Of a stretch of DNA of 64,000 bases, positions 62,521 to 64,000 are shown piece after piece. The stretch comes from Octopus sinensis (lineage: Eukaryota), in NCBI RefSeq assembly GCF_006345805.1, contig NC_043013.1, positions 6,076,001 to 6,140,000 on the forward strand, given 5' to 3'. Position 1 is the stretch's first letter. Each line of letters begins with the position of its first letter. The position numbers and the translations under genes were made by a program. A model generated the notes under the pieces. That model did no database searches and was not told the origin of the DNA. It saw only the letters and a list, made by a program, of their open reading frames with translations.

Positions 62521-62774
62521 TCTCTCTATTCAGATTATTGTCATTCTCACCAGGTGTTGCTTTATTTGGTTTCAGTAATGTCAAGTTCTAGATGCTCCAT
62601 TGTATACACACACACTCTGTATATCACATTCAACTTATGCTGCACTTCCCTTTTAAAATCGGGCTGAATGACATGGAGTCTATTTGTATTGTTTGTAATA
62701 TTTTTTGTGTGTTTCTGTATTTGCTGAGGACTGAATCAGTTCCACGCTTTGTTTGTTTGTTTACACAAAAACCG

Positions 62775-63110
62775 AATCATTCTGACACTTCATTAGTTTG
62801 TTTACACGTGGTGTCCAAAAGCCGGCCTGTCCAAACATTTGCAATATATTAATTATATGAGGTTAACAATCAATAAATTTCAAAGTAAATCGGTGTATTA
62901 CTTATACATCTATCCCTCAGCATTTTCTCTGGCGCTTCTCTTCATTAGTTTATTTATATGTATACTAAATCAGTCTGGCACATCATTGGTTTGTTTACAA
63001 GAGGTATCCAAAACCCTACCACACAAGCATTTGTAATACATTAATTATATGAGGTAAAAATCAATAAATCTCAAAGTAAACCAATGTATTTACTTACAAC
63101 AGTCATCCTT
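62775..63110. repeat. Diverged ~193-bp direct duplication
   Basis: 62781 TCTGACACTTCATTAGTTTG.. matches 62974 TCTGGCACATCATTGGTTTG..; shared ATTAATTATATGAGGT..ATCAATAAAT..CAAAGTAAA. Confidence 0.8.
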
Positions 63111-63169
63111 CAGCCTATTCACCACTTTTCTAATGTTATATTAGTTAATTATTATTATTGTTGTTGTTG

Positions 63170-63394
63170 TTAAGGTGGAGAGCTGGCAGAATTGTTAGCA
63201 CATCCGGAAAATGCTTTACGGCATTTTGTCCGTCTTTAACATTCTGAGTTCAAATTCTGCCAAGGTCAACTTTTGCTTTTCATCCTTTTGGAATCGATAA
63301 ATTAAGTACCAGTTAAATACTGGGGTTGATGTGATTGACTTTTCCTCCCCCTAAATTTCAGGCCGTGTGCCTATAGTAGAAAGGATTATTTTAT

Positions 63395-63435
<41 letters not shown>

Positions 63436-63482
63436 TCATCATTATTATTATTACTATTATTATTATCATTATTATTATTATT

Positions 63483-63549
<67 letters not shown>

Positions 63550-63765
63550 TAAGGTGGTGAGCTGGCAGAATCATTAGCATGCTGGATAGAATGCTTAACA
63601 GCATTTCATCAATCTTCACGTTCTGAGTTCAAATGTCACTGGAGTTAACTCTGCCATTCATCCCTTTTGGAGGCAATAAAATAAGTACCAGTTGAACATT
63701 CGGGCCGATAATCGATTCAACCCCTCCCCTAAAATTGCTGGCCTTGTGCCAAAATTTGAAATCAT
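63170..63765 (+). mobile_element. Two (ATT)n-family SINEs separated by an expanded (ACT/ATT)n tail
   Basis: AAGGTGG..AGCTGGCAGAAT heads at ~63170 and ~63550. Confidence 0.85.
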
Positions 63766-64000
63766 CATCATTATCATCATTATTATTGCTGTTGCTGAGT
63801 ATTTTGTCCAGTGTGCTAATAATTCTGTCAGCTTGCTGCCTTGTGCCTTGCATCCGGATTAGAAGCCATTCTATTATCATCAGTTGAATTGTCTCGGCCT
63901 GGCCCCTAACCTTGTGTGGTTTAGTGCTTGTGTTAAAAGGGGACATTAAGAAGGGCAGCCAGCTGTAGAAACTTTGCCAGAGGAGACAATGGAAAGCAAG

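Overview
AT-rich animal genomic DNA; the repeat families look like octopus/cephalopod ones (my recognition, not a database hit). The window is intronic or intergenic. I find no intact protein-coding gene, no rRNA, no true tRNA and no CRISPR array, and most ORFs in the track come from microsatellites or SINEs. Contents: (1) several tRNA-headed SINE families: a CORE-like family with an internal TA/CA tract, an (ATT)n-tailed family that forms head-to-tail arrays, and V-domain-like SINEs; (2) RTE LINE fragments, one carrying a ~5 kb array of about 76 copies of a 66-bp unit inside its 3' UTR (31.2-36.3 kb); (3) fossil DNA transposons (two internally deleted mariners, maT/DD37D ends, hAT transposase pieces, Tc1-like and piggyBac-like MITEs, HINE-like elements); (4) the 5' half of a decayed R4/Dong LINE; (5) four long palindromes. 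The most unusual signal is a set of minimal hammerhead-ribozyme-like folds, all on the minus strand, in Penelope-type repeats. It includes a ~230-bp element joining a tRNA-like Pol III head to two tandem hammerhead-like folds (14.7-15.0 kb). A few weak plus-strand candidate exons (best 55422-55519) suggest a host gene I cannot name. Boundaries were read by eye and may be off by some bases.
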